Origin: an uncultured bacterium
Lineage (GTDB): Bacteria > Fidelibacterota > UBA2242 > JAFGTP01
DNA length: 64,000 nt
NCBI GenBank assembly: GCA_964472715.1
Contig: CAYYMT010000001.1
Location: 13,321-77,320 of the forward strand
Reading direction: 5' to 3'
Shown: piece after piece, positions 48,169 to 57,591 of the stretch
Position numbering within the stretch: position 1 is the first letter of the stretch
How the letters are laid out: each line of letters opens with the position of its first letter
Notes under the pieces: generated by a model
Told to the model about the DNA's origin: nothing
What the model saw: the letters and a program-made list of their open reading frames with translations, nothing else
The model's database searches: none
Program-made: the position numbers and the translations under genes

Positions 48169-48800
48169 TATGCAAAAAATCCTATATATGCTAAAGCCAT
48201 TAGACCGGCACCAATTCCAACAGTTAATAATTGTTGAATTGCACCGGGTTTGATAAACCGTTTATGTAAATTTCCTTTTTGGTAAGAAATTTCCGCATCA
48301 GCGATATTGTAGGAATAGACTGTGTTGTCAGTGAGAATATCTTTGGGACGAACCATTCCTTTTACCTGCATCAGATTTTTTTCGCCGTTCACTTCCAACA
48401 TGCGGCGCCCTTTGATTTCCAGGATCCCATTATCACTTCGCCCGGTGATCGTTGCAGTGACTTTTCCCACCAGTTTTTCATTTTGCTCCGTCCCTTCCTG
48501 GCCGTCGTGTTCATTTTTAATTGTGCTGCTGGTACCGAAAAGAGGTAAAAAGGACATAATATTTCCTGAAGATTTGCCTTCGGCGCTCATGGAGGATTGG
48601 CTCATGTTTTCGGTTTTGGAATTCTGTTCGGCTTTTGTCTGCTCCACAATAATGACAGTGATTACATCGCCGATATTATGGGCTTTGATATCCGAGAACA
48701 TTGAATTTCTCATACCTTCAAAAACCTGTGCTGACAGACTTGAAAAGGCTAAAATTAAGACAATTGTGATACTACTCATTTTTCTCATTTTCTTACTCAA
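48168..48800 (-). CDS. flgH: Flagellar L-ring lipoprotein FlgH
   Basis: Signal/lipoprotein N-terminus. NIGDVITVIIVEQTKAEQNSKTE matches the FlgH DIITV.I.E motif. 210 aa. Confidence 0.8.
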   Translation of the reverse strand: MSKKMRKMSSITIVLILAFSSLSAQVFEGMRNSMFSDIKAHNIGDVITVIIVEQTKAEQNSKTENMSQSSMSAEGKSSGNIMSFLPLFGTSSTIKNEHDGQEGTEQNEKLVGKVTATITGRSDNGILEIKGRRMLEVNGEKNLMQVKGMVRPKDILTDNTVYSYNIADAEISYQKGNLHKRFIKPGAIQQLLTVGIGAGLMALAYIGFFA

Positions 48801-49479
48801 TATTTATTACCACGGTTTGTGGCGATTCAACAATTCCAAAATAATGTTTGCGTGTTTCCCTGTTGTATACACGAATTTTTTCTCCCCGGCTTCCTTCTTC
48901 TTTGGCAATGCCATTCATTTCGATGAGGATGTTACCGCTTTTTACCTTTAAAGAAACATCCTGTCCCCGGTCTATGACCGGTTTTGTGCGCAGGTCTGTT
49001 TTCATTAAAATGTCGCCTTTGCGAAGAATTGTCTTGGCGATCATGTTATCCGGGATTTTTGTATCCCGTAAATATTTATCATAGTTGTTGCTGACAGAGC
49101 GCTTTTCCAGGCTTAGATCTGCAGCAGTTATGATCCTGCCAAATTTCACATCACGGGTCAATACGGGAGTTAATATTTCAATTTTCGCTGTATAGGTTAT
49201 TCTGATTTCATTCTGGACCCGGTCATTTTTCAGTATCTGGAGTTTAAGACGATTATAACCCACTTCCAGGTCTCTGCTCCGGTTGACAATTTGCAACTCC
49301 CTATTACGAAAATCCAATTCCGGTAAATGGTAGAGTTTCATCTCTACATCGGACTGCTCAATATCATATTTTTCCGCCATTGCATCGATAAGGAAATTTT
49401 TCACAATCCCATGGGAATCATTTTCCCCGGCCAGGAGGAAAAACGCAAATATTAATGATATGAAAATCAGTCGTTTCAT
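48793..49479 (-). CDS. flgA: Flagellar P-ring assembly chaperone FlgA
   Basis: Signal peptide present. The C-terminal SAF-like region reads GDILMKTDL...GQDVSLKVKSGNILIEMNGIAKEEGSRGEKIRVYN. Confidence 0.7.
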   Translation of the reverse strand: MKRLIFISLIFAFFLLAGENDSHGIVKNFLIDAMAEKYDIEQSDVEMKLYHLPELDFRNRELQIVNRSRDLEVGYNRLKLQILKNDRVQNEIRITYTAKIEILTPVLTRDVKFGRIITAADLSLEKRSVSNNYDKYLRDTKIPDNMIAKTILRKGDILMKTDLRTKPVIDRGQDVSLKVKSGNILIEMNGIAKEEGSRGEKIRVYNRETRKHYFGIVESPQTVVINIE

Positions 49480-49482
49480 AGT

Positions 49483-50271
49483 TTACCGCTTCAGGTTATT
49501 GGTCATTGACAGTAATTCATCCGAGGTTTTTATGGCCTTGGAATTGATTTCATAGGCACGCTGGGCCACAATCAGTCCGACCATTTCTTTGACAACATCA
49601 ACATTGGATTTTTCCAGATAGGATTGCACTACTGTTCCAACGCCTTCTTCACCGGGCATTGAAAAAATCGGTTCTCCGGAAGCGGCAGTTTTATCAAACA
49701 AGTTTCCGCCGACAGATTCCAGGCCCGCGGGATTAACAAAAGTCGCCAGTTCAATTTGTCCGATCTCTTCCGGTTGAATTTCATCGGGATATTTGATGGA
49801 AATAATACCGTCTTCACTGATATTGATGCTTTCGGCATTATCAGGAATCGAGATTTCCGGATATACGGAAAGTCCGGAAGCCGTCACCAGGTTGCCGGTG
49901 CTGTCAAGTCTGAGGGAGCCATCCCGTGTAAATCCAATAGTTCCGTCGGGTTTCATCACCTGGAGAAAGCCGCGTCCGTTGATGGCAACATCCAGAGGAT
50001 TACCGGTTTCTTCCAGGTTACCCTTAGTAAAAGAACGAAAAGAAGCAACCGGCTTGTTACCGTGTCCCACCTGAATGGTACCGGGTTTTTCTTTGCCATT
50101 GCGCTGATCAATGTTGCCTGACTGAATATTCTGATACATCAGATCCTGAAACTGAACATCTGATTTTTTATAACCGGTGGTATTCACATTGGCTAAATTA
50201 TTGGAAATTGTGTCAACTTTTAATTGTTGTGCTGACATTCCCAGTGCGGCTGATCTTAATGAACGTATCAT
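49483..50271 (-). CDS. flgG: Flagellar distal rod protein FlgG
   Basis: MIRSLRSAALGMSAQQLKVDTISNNLANVNTTGYKK, with the C-terminal VDVVKEMVGLIVAQRAYEINSKAIKTSDELL, fits FlgG. 262 aa. Confidence 0.9.
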   Translation of the reverse strand: MIRSLRSAALGMSAQQLKVDTISNNLANVNTTGYKKSDVQFQDLMYQNIQSGNIDQRNGKEKPGTIQVGHGNKPVASFRSFTKGNLEETGNPLDVAINGRGFLQVMKPDGTIGFTRDGSLRLDSTGNLVTASGLSVYPEISIPDNAESINISEDGIISIKYPDEIQPEEIGQIELATFVNPAGLESVGGNLFDKTAASGEPIFSMPGEEGVGTVVQSYLEKSNVDVVKEMVGLIVAQRAYEINSKAIKTSDELLSMTNNLKR

Positions 50272-50286
50272 TTATATTACTCCTTT

Positions 50287-51006
50287 TTATACCCTACTGA
50301 TTTGAGTGGACGCCTTACTTAAGGCTTCATCGAGGATTCGAATTGTTCGCTGGGAACTTTCAAAGCCACGTTGCAACTCAATCAGGTTAACCATTTCTTT
50401 AACAGGATTTACATTGGACTGTTCTATTTTTCCCTGCACGACGACCGCATCGCTCTGTTGCTCCGAAACGGCATCTGGGTTCTTCAATCTAAATACACTG
50501 CCGGACAATCTTTCCACCTGCGCGCTATCATTAAAACCGGACAGTTTGAACTGGTCAGCCAGTATATTATCAACATAAATCTCACCTTCGCCATTAACAA
50601 AAATATTATTAACGGTTTCAAAATTTGTCTGCAGATTGATTCTTCCGTTTTCACCTAATACGTAATTTCCCTGATTATCCACCAGATATCCTTCATCATT
50701 CAGTTCAAAATGTCCGTTTCGTGTGTAAACCGTTTCACCATCCGCGTCAATATTAAAAAAACCATCGCCGGAGATTGCAAAATCCAAAGGGTTGTTGGTA
50801 TCTTCAAATTCTCCCTGGGAGAAATCTTTTACCGTTTGAATCGAAAGATTATTGACCTTAGCCATTTTTTTCTCATAGGCATCGAAAAATGTATAGTCTT
50901 TTTTGAAACCAATGGTGTTAACATTCGCCAGATTGTTCGATACAATATCGTTTTTCTTAGTCTGGATTAACATTGCTGATTTCAATTCGTCTAAAGTAAA
51001 GTCCAT
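50287..51006 (-). CDS. flgF: Flagellar proximal rod protein FlgF
   Basis: SNNLANVNTIGFKKDYTFF, with the C-terminal VNPVKEMVNLIELQRGFE, fits a rod protein. It lies immediately upstream of flgG. Confidence 0.8.
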   Translation of the reverse strand: MDFTLDELKSAMLIQTKKNDIVSNNLANVNTIGFKKDYTFFDAYEKKMAKVNNLSIQTVKDFSQGEFEDTNNPLDFAISGDGFFNIDADGETVYTRNGHFELNDEGYLVDNQGNYVLGENGRINLQTNFETVNNIFVNGEGEIYVDNILADQFKLSGFNDSAQVERLSGSVFRLKNPDAVSEQQSDAVVVQGKIEQSNVNPVKEMVNLIELQRGFESSQRTIRILDEALSKASTQISRV

Positions 51007-51042
51007 TATTCTTAATTCTCCTTTTTTCTGGTTTTGACTATA

Positions 51043-51058
51043 CGCAAATCGATTGCCA
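51043..51058 (-). promoter_or_regulatory. Sigma54-type -24/-12 promoter element (TGGCAA-N5-TTGCG) upstream of flgF
   Basis: The minus strand reads TGGCAATCGATTTGCG, giving GG-N10-GC spacing. It sits ~37 nt upstream of the flgF ATG, with an AGGAG RBS in between. Confidence 0.5.
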
Positions 51059-51133
51059 TAAATGCCATTGATTTATATATTTTTATTTAAATTCTTGTTT
51101 TATAGTGGATTATAAAGAATGAAAGAGGTGAGA

Positions 51134-51210
51134 GTTATTACTGTTTGTTGAATTTTATAGAATTTTATTATTTGTTAGCGGAATTTTATTACTGTTTGTG
51201 GAATTTTTTT
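51134..51210. promoter_or_regulatory. Three tandem imperfect ~26-bp direct repeats (TTATTACTGTTTGTKGAATTTT) upstream of the flgF operon, candidate activator/enhancer sites
   Basis: Copies at 51135-51157 and 51187-51209 are 22/23 identical. A degenerate middle copy lies at 51161-51186. They are ~130-200 bp upstream of flgF. Confidence 0.5.
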
Positions 51211-51220
51211 CCATCATAGG

Positions 51221-51793
51221 TTATTCAATTATCTTTTTAGTGATTCTTGCGGCGCGGTCAGTACTTAATGCTTTTAAAACCATGGGGCGTTTTCTGGAAC
51301 TCATATTATTGTACAGGGCAATGATCGTTTCATCGTCCAATTGAGTAAAAATCGGTTTGATCTCACTGACTTTCATGCTCTCATAGGTCTTTGCCATCTG
51401 TTTTATCTGTTCACTGGTTATGCCGGCATTTTGATCGGGTTGGTTGTTGGCCTGTGCGAGTTCTTCTTCCAGTTTTTTTATTTCCAGACTATCGGCGATA
51501 ATCTCTCTGTTTTGTTGTTGTGCAAGCCCGGTCAAACTATCGATATCGGATTGCAATGTGTCCCGGGCCAACAAATGTTCCTGATTTAACGCTTGCAAGG
51601 AATCAATAATAGTTTGCTTCTCTGATAACAATAATCCCAGAATCGAATTATCCTCCTCCACCGGCCCGCTGTTCACCGGAACAATATTCGGCTTTGCCAA
51701 TCCATCCATCAAACTCAGTACGCCAAAGACCAATCCCACAAGGATCAGAAAAAAGAGTAAGCCGCCGACAATTAATAAAATTATTCTTTTCAT
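51221..51793 (-). CDS. Flagellar operon membrane protein with an MgtE_N-like domain (YlxF/MotE/FlbB-like)
   Basis: N-terminal TM helix, a coiled coil, and a C-terminal KPIFTQLDDETIIALYNNMSSRKRPMVLKALSTDRAARITKKI. It occupies the position after fliJ, as ylxF does in Bacillus-type operons. Confidence 0.4.
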   Translation of the reverse strand: MKRIILLIVGGLLFFLILVGLVFGVLSLMDGLAKPNIVPVNSGPVEEDNSILGLLLSEKQTIIDSLQALNQEHLLARDTLQSDIDSLTGLAQQQNREIIADSLEIKKLEEELAQANNQPDQNAGITSEQIKQMAKTYESMKVSEIKPIFTQLDDETIIALYNNMSSRKRPMVLKALSTDRAARITKKIIE

Positions 51794-51794
51794 A

Positions 51795-52247
51795 TTATAG
51801 TGTACTTTTGATAGTTTTTCTCAAGGCAATCTCACTATTATCTTTTTCTTCTTTGCGGCGCAGGTCTTTTTTGAACAACTCCATTTGCCGCTCTTTGAGT
51901 TTTTCCAGGATCTTTTTCTTTTTGGTTTCTTCGTTCAGATCGTCTGTGGCCTGCATAACCTTTGTTCGTGAATGGTCAACACGCTGATGTTGCTTTGTGA
52001 TAGATTCATTTATTTGATCCACGTAGCCATCATAAATTTTGCGGTGCAAAAGGCTGAACTGCTCATTCTGATTACCGGTTATTGCTTCAGACAGAGTTTT
52101 TTCTTTCAGGGTTCTGATATTTTGTAATTTTGACTCTTCATTGTCAAGTTCAATTTTTTTATTATGCAATTTCAGGGTTTTATCGTCCTGTAAATTTTTT
52201 CTGTACCGCAAAATATTTTCCAATGAAAAACTGAACTTTTTTGGCAT
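51795..52247 (-). CDS. fliJ: Flagellar export protein FliJ
   Basis: 150-aa coiled-coil protein immediately downstream of fliI. The N-terminal FSLENILRYRKNLQDDKTL fits FliJ. Confidence 0.6.
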   Translation of the reverse strand: MPKKFSFSLENILRYRKNLQDDKTLKLHNKKIELDNEESKLQNIRTLKEKTLSEAITGNQNEQFSLLHRKIYDGYVDQINESITKQHQRVDHSRTKVMQATDDLNEETKKKKILEKLKERQMELFKKDLRRKEEKDNSEIALRKTIKSTL

Positions 52248-52250
52248 GGA

Positions 52251-53570
52251 TTATCCCCGGGCTAATTGTTGTAATTCCTGTTTGGTCGTTTCCATATCAC
52301 AGGATTCATTCATATCTTGCTTCAAAAAATCATTAACCGGTTCGATCTTTTGCAATGCTTCGTCAATTTTAGGATTGGTTCCTTCCTGATATGCCCCGAT
52401 ATTGATCAGGTCTTCGGATTCATAGTAGCTGGACAAAATCTCCAGCAACTTAATAGAGTTTTTACGGTGTTCTTCTTCGACCACTTCGTTTTTTAATCGC
52501 GATACACTTTCCAATACATCAATCGCCGGATAGTGCCCACGGTTCGCCAGTCGCCTGGACAGAACAATATGACCGTCGAGTATCGAGCGGGCCGCGTCAC
52601 TGATCGGCTCATCCATATCATCACTTTCCACCAGTACGGTATAAAGCCCGGTAATTGTTCCTTTGGCGGAAGTTCCGGCGCGTTCCAGCAATCTTGGCAA
52701 CGCCGCAAAAACCGAGGGTGTATAGCCTTTTGTAGCCGGCGGTTCACCGGCTGCCAGTCCGATTTCCCGCTGAGCCATGGCAAAGCGTGTCAGCGAATCC
52801 ATCATCAGCATGACATTCCTGCCCCGGTCACGAAAATATTCCGCAATCGCAGTGGTCATGAAGGAGGCTTTGACCCGCACCATGGCCGCCTGGTCTGATG
52901 TTGCCACAACGACAACCGACCTTTTCAACCCTTCTTCTCCCAGGTCCCGCTCAATAAATTCTTTTACTTCACGGCCACGTTCACCAATCAGGCCGATGAC
53001 ATTGATCTCGGCATTGGTATATTTGGCAATCATCCCCAGGGTGACACTTTTGCCCACGCCGCTACCGGCAAATATTCCCACACGTTGACCATGGCCAATG
53101 GTGATCATTCCGTCAATAGCGCGAATACCGGTTGTCAGAGGTTCCGTGATACGTGCCCTTTCCATTGGTCCGGGTGGCGTATTATAGACCGGAACTTTAT
53201 GTTTTGTTGTAATGGGGCCTTTGCCATCGATGGGATTACCGAAACCATCAATAATTCGTCCCAGAAGTTCTTTTCCCGCCATGGTAGAAAGCGGTTTTCT
53301 GCTTTTGATCACTCTGCTGCCAGGAGAGATACCAACAGTTTCGTCCAGAGGCATCAGCAGGATTTTATTTTCCCTGAAGCCGACAACTTCCGCCCTGACA
53401 AATTTTCCATCGCGTTTATATATCTCACATAATTCACCCAGTGTGGCATCCGGTAGTGTGGCCTCTATGACCAGGCCCACAACTTTTGTGACCTTGCCGA
53501 TAATTTTATCAGCGGTCATCAATGGAATTTGTTCATAGTAGGATTTTATTTCGTCTAAGAAAAAATTCAT
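52251..53570 (-). CDS. fliI: Flagellum-specific ATP synthase FliI
   Basis: Walker A GIFAGSGVGKSVTLGMIA. The T3SS/F1-ATPase-like core includes LMMDSLTRFAMAQREI. 439 aa. Confidence 0.9.
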   Translation of the reverse strand: MNFFLDEIKSYYEQIPLMTADKIIGKVTKVVGLVIEATLPDATLGELCEIYKRDGKFVRAEVVGFRENKILLMPLDETVGISPGSRVIKSRKPLSTMAGKELLGRIIDGFGNPIDGKGPITTKHKVPVYNTPPGPMERARITEPLTTGIRAIDGMITIGHGQRVGIFAGSGVGKSVTLGMIAKYTNAEINVIGLIGERGREVKEFIERDLGEEGLKRSVVVVATSDQAAMVRVKASFMTTAIAEYFRDRGRNVMLMMDSLTRFAMAQREIGLAAGEPPATKGYTPSVFAALPRLLERAGTSAKGTITGLYTVLVESDDMDEPISDAARSILDGHIVLSRRLANRGHYPAIDVLESVSRLKNEVVEEEHRKNSIKLLEILSSYYESEDLINIGAYQEGTNPKIDEALQKIEPVNDFLKQDMNESCDMETTKQELQQLARG

Positions 53571-53572
53571 GA

Positions 53573-54289
53573 TTAACTATTCAGTAATTGTGATTCGATA
53601 TTATCCAATTGTTGCGCAAACTTTCCTTCCACCAGAAGATTTGTAGATTCCAGGATACACTCGCCCGGTTTCAACTTTCTGTCTTCATAAAATTTGACTT
53701 TCAGGCTTCCGGGCAAATGAAACTCCTTTTCCAGGTCCTTGTTCATAATCCATTCGATTTGTGATGAGGAAACGTGAATGGTAATGGTCTCCTGGTCAAT
53801 TAATTCATGCAAAATCCTGCTGATCTGTTCCAGCAAAATATCATTATACAGGTCTTCATTTTGTAATTCCGCATTTAATATTTTTTCGGCGATTATCCGC
53901 CCCAGTTTGACAATATGGGGATGCAGTTTTTTTAATTCTTTAGTAAAATCCTCACGAACTGTATTGATGACAGTACGCAGAGATTCAACTTCTTTATAAA
54001 CCTGGCTTTCCAGTTCATGACGTAACTGTTCTTTGCCTTCTTCAATACCGGAAAGAAAGGTTTCTTCACGGGCTTGTTGCAGGGATTGTTCCAGAATTTC
54101 GACCCGTTTTCTAAGGTCATTGTTTTCCTTTTGAAGGTCTTTGTGGTGTGTGCTGAGATTTAGCTGTAAAGGCTTATTTTTATCTGTTTCCGGGGATTTT
54201 AGTGAAGCGGAATTTTTTTTTTGCGGCTGATTGTTTGATCCCTGTATACCTTTTACTTTGGATTTTAAAGGAATTCGAATCTGTGTCAT
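53573..54289 (-). CDS. fliH: Flagellar assembly protein FliH
   Basis: Coiled-coil N-terminus plus a C-terminal FliH-type domain. It lies between fliG and fliI. Confidence 0.6.
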   Translation of the reverse strand: MTQIRIPLKSKVKGIQGSNNQPQKKNSASLKSPETDKNKPLQLNLSTHHKDLQKENNDLRKRVEILEQSLQQAREETFLSGIEEGKEQLRHELESQVYKEVESLRTVINTVREDFTKELKKLHPHIVKLGRIIAEKILNAELQNEDLYNDILLEQISRILHELIDQETITIHVSSSQIEWIMNKDLEKEFHLPGSLKVKFYEDRKLKPGECILESTNLLVEGKFAQQLDNIESQLLNS

Positions 54290-55308
54290 TCAATCATCTC
54301 CTCTTCACCGGCAGCCATGTTGATTTCTCCGGACTCATCAAGTTCACGAATAGCATCCAGAATAACCGACTGGGCGTTTTCCACTTCTTTGACACGAACC
54401 GGCCCGAGATACTGCAATTCATCTTTGAGCATTTCGGAAGCGCGTTCAGACATATTGCGCATGATCTTATCCTTTAATGTGGGTGAAGCGGCTTTGAGTG
54501 AGAGCGCCAGTGTCTTGGAATCAATCTCGCGGGTGATCCGCTGAATGGTTGCATCACCGAGTTTTTCAACATCTTCAAAAGTAAACATGAGGTTCTTAAT
54601 TTCTTCATAAAGAGTAGGATTACGGCCTTCAATAGATTCAAGAATATTTTTCTCAGCGGTCCGGCTGGTAGAATTGAGAATCTCCGCAATGGCCTCTGTT
54701 CCGCCGATTTTGCTCATCTGGCCGCCAAAAACAGAACCTAATTGTTCCCGCAGGGCATTTTCAATTTCCCGGATCAATTCCGGCGATGTTTTTTCCATAG
54801 TTGCCAGACGGTAGGAAATTTCTCCCTGCATTTCTTCCGGCAAATCGGAAAGAATTGCTGCCGCCTGAATGGATTTTAAATTAGCCAGAATCAGGGCCAC
54901 AGTCTGGGGGTGTTCATTGGATAAAAAGTTCAGTAATTGTTTATCATCAACTGTCTGGAGCAGATAAAAGGCGCTGACTTCTGTGGTGGCTTCCACCCGC
55001 TGAATGATTTCATCGGCCTTTTTATGTCCCCAGGCATCTTCCAGAATCTTTTTTGCATAACTCAAACCACCGGAAAGAATGTGCTTTTTGCCTTCGATCA
55101 TTTGATAATATTCTTCAATTGCCCCGCCAATTTTATCGGCTTCAACATTTCTGTTGCGGGCGATTTCGATTGTAATCCGTTCAGTTTCGCTGTCAGTAAA
55201 ATGTTTGATCACTTCCGAAGCGTGCTCCTCACCAAGAGCAATCAGCACTAAGGCTGCTTTCTGAATTGGCGGTGTTGCCTTGGGTGCTTTTTCTGGTACT
55301 GTTTCCAT
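54286..55308 (-). CDS. fliG: Flagellar motor switch protein FliG
   Basis: 340 aa. FliG middle and C-terminal domain pattern (EEHASEVIKHF...ERITIEIA... ...FTFEDVEKLGDATIQRI). Downstream of fliF. Confidence 0.85.
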   Translation of the reverse strand: METVPEKAPKATPPIQKAALVLIALGEEHASEVIKHFTDSETERITIEIARNRNVEADKIGGAIEEYYQMIEGKKHILSGGLSYAKKILEDAWGHKKADEIIQRVEATTEVSAFYLLQTVDDKQLLNFLSNEHPQTVALILANLKSIQAAAILSDLPEEMQGEISYRLATMEKTSPELIREIENALREQLGSVFGGQMSKIGGTEAIAEILNSTSRTAEKNILESIEGRNPTLYEEIKNLMFTFEDVEKLGDATIQRITREIDSKTLALSLKAASPTLKDKIMRNMSERASEMLKDELQYLGPVRVKEVENAQSVILDAIRELDESGEINMAAGEEEMIE

Positions 55309-56952
55309 TTATTTTTCCCTCTGTGTTATCCAAAGTCTAAATAACTGGGAAGCGTCATCCGGATTAGTTTTACAGAAATCACGGACTGCATCTACCATTT
55401 TTTCTTTGGCTTTTAAGCGGGCTTTTGCTTCCGGACTTAAATGAGCGATGAATTGGTCTTCATCGATTTCAATCTCTTCTTCCCTTTCCTGAATTTTTTT
55501 CCTGGACTTCAGTTTTTTAACATCCTCACCTTCGCCTAATTGTCCCTGCCCATCTTCCCCGCCACCGGTGGCCAGCGCCAAACGCTGACCTGGTTCCGGC
55601 AGACCAAGCGCCTGAGCAGAACTTTTTGTTAACCGTCGAATAATAATGAAAGCGATGATTATGGTTAATACGATCACTCCCCTGGTTATCATTGTGTTAA
55701 TAAATTCTTTGCGCTCCATTTGTGCAAAATATTCCTGGTTTTCTTCAATTTCGCTGCGATCAAATTGTAGATTCCGTACTTCAATCAGATCATCACGCTG
55801 TTGGTCAAACCCAACCGCGCCGCGCACCAAACCGGCAATAAAATCAAGTTCTTCCTGTGTACGGGGCTGGTATTCCCGGCTCACTTCACCTTCATCATTT
55901 TCAACCCTTGTAAAACGTCCGTTAACTAACACAGCAACACTAACTCTCTTCAGGTTACCGGTTCCACTGGAGAATCGTTCTTCGATCTGTGCGGTTTCAT
56001 AATTAGTGATTATATTTTCTCTGCTAATATTTTCGTTCAGATTATCAGTCGTCGTATCCACATTAGTGCGGGTCTCGATTTGTGATTCTTCACTGATCAC
56101 CGCTACATTTTCAGGATCAACCCGGCGGGCAGTGCGTTCGAGTCGATCCATATTTAATTCAGCGGACACCTGCACCACAGTATTGCCTTTGCCCACAATA
56201 TTTTCCACAATTTTTTCAACCTTGTTCTGCAACTGGTTTTCAATACTGGACCGCAGTTCCCAATGGCTGCCGGCGCTGGTGATATTGGACTCATCATTAC
56301 CCTGGGAAAGCATATTGCCGTCATTATCAACAATGACCACATTTTCCCGTTCAATTCCCTTAACGCTGTTAGCCACCAGCATTTCGATGCCTTTAATTTG
56401 CGTATCTTTCAAATAGCGGCCCTCTTCCAGATAAAGGACCACCGAGGCGCTGCCATTTTTTTCTTCTTCAAATAGTTTTTCTTCCGGAAGTACCAGGTGA
56501 ACCCGGGAATTTCGGACAACGGGAAATTCATTGATTGACTTTGCCAGCTCGCCTTCCAGTGCCCGCTTCATATTCAACTGCTGCATAAAGGATGTCATAC
56601 CGATTCGCTGCTCATCAAAAACATCATAGCCTTTTTCGGTAATGTCGGCTGTAAGTCCTTTTTCCGCCAGATCAAGACGTACTTCCGAGACATGCTTTGC
56701 CGGAATTTTAATTGTTTCACCGCCATGATCTAGTTTATATTTGATACTGCGGTCTCTTAATTCCGTCAATATTTTGCTGGCTTTGGCCGGGTCCAGATCT
56801 GAATAAAGCACCTGGTATTCCGGTCTGTTAGCCCAGAAAAAAAGCGTCACAACCGAACTGATAATCCCCAGAAATACTAACAGTATAAGGATTCTCTGAA
56901 CAGGTGTAAATCGTCTTAAAAATTGAATTATTTGTGCAAATACTTGGTCCAT
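55309..56952 (-). CDS. fliF: Flagellar MS-ring protein FliF
   Basis: 547 aa. N-terminal QRILILLVFLGIISSVVTLFFW TM helix, a periplasmic ring-building region, and a second TM near the C-terminus. Confidence 0.85.
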   Translation of the reverse strand: MDQVFAQIIQFLRRFTPVQRILILLVFLGIISSVVTLFFWANRPEYQVLYSDLDPAKASKILTELRDRSIKYKLDHGGETIKIPAKHVSEVRLDLAEKGLTADITEKGYDVFDEQRIGMTSFMQQLNMKRALEGELAKSINEFPVVRNSRVHLVLPEEKLFEEEKNGSASVVLYLEEGRYLKDTQIKGIEMLVANSVKGIERENVVIVDNDGNMLSQGNDESNITSAGSHWELRSSIENQLQNKVEKIVENIVGKGNTVVQVSAELNMDRLERTARRVDPENVAVISEESQIETRTNVDTTTDNLNENISRENIITNYETAQIEERFSSGTGNLKRVSVAVLVNGRFTRVENDEGEVSREYQPRTQEELDFIAGLVRGAVGFDQQRDDLIEVRNLQFDRSEIEENQEYFAQMERKEFINTMITRGVIVLTIIIAFIIIRRLTKSSAQALGLPEPGQRLALATGGGEDGQGQLGEGEDVKKLKSRKKIQEREEEIEIDEDQFIAHLSPEAKARLKAKEKMVDAVRDFCKTNPDDASQLFRLWITQREK

Positions 56953-56976
56953 GGTTTTCCGATTTTTTTATTTCAA

Positions 56977-57294
56977 TTAAACTTGCATTCTGTTGAGTTC
57001 ATTATAAGCATCCACCAGCTTGTTTTTTATCTCAAGCATAAGTTGAAAACTGAGATTGGCTTCTTCCAGTTTCGTCATGGCATCTGCCAGGGTTTCAGAT
57101 TCACCCAGGATAAAATTTTCAACGGACTGGGATGCCTCCTTTTGATCTTTATTTACGGCATCCAGAAAGTCCTTGATTGTATCGGAGAAATTTAATTTTG
57201 AAGACCCTTCGCTTTTTTCGCCGGGTTTTGCATTCTGTGTATTTTCCACACCTGGAAGATTTCTGGATCGGATTATATCATTTATTGTAGCCAT
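56977..57294 (-). CDS. fliE: Flagellar hook-basal body protein FliE
   Basis: 105 aa. The C-terminal LEEANLSFQLMLEIKNKLVDAYNELNRMQV is the FliE signature. Confidence 0.8.
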   Translation of the reverse strand: MATINDIIRSRNLPGVENTQNAKPGEKSEGSSKLNFSDTIKDFLDAVNKDQKEASQSVENFILGESETLADAMTKLEEANLSFQLMLEIKNKLVDAYNELNRMQV

Positions 57295-57299
57295 AAGAA

Positions 57300-57584
57300 T
57301 TAACCTCGTAAGTCCAGTAATTGACCTTTGTTAATTTGTTTGATATCATTGTGTCCGTATAATTTCATATCATCGGGCATTTGTGTGCCGAAAAACATGT
57401 GCAGGGTACTTTTTTCATTATTGGATAGCAATTTTGCTGTTTTATCTTTTCTTTCCTGCATAGCCGCCGGGTCCATCAACAGCTCGTTATCATCATTAAA
57501 ATTTTGATTGTTGACCTGACGTTCATTTTGGTCTTTATAAAAGTTGCCGGAAAGGTTGTTTTGTATGGATGATAAAATACTCAT
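57300..57584 (-). CDS. Hypothetical N/Q-rich small protein inserted between flgC and fliE
   Basis: 94-aa ORF sitting exactly in the gap between two tightly spaced flagellar genes. No recognisable motif. Confidence 0.35.
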   Translation of the reverse strand: MSILSSIQNNLSGNFYKDQNERQVNNQNFNDDNELLMDPAAMQERKDKTAKLLSNNEKSTLHMFFGTQMPDDMKLYGHNDIKQINKGQLLDLRG

Positions 57585-57591
57585 AATTCAC

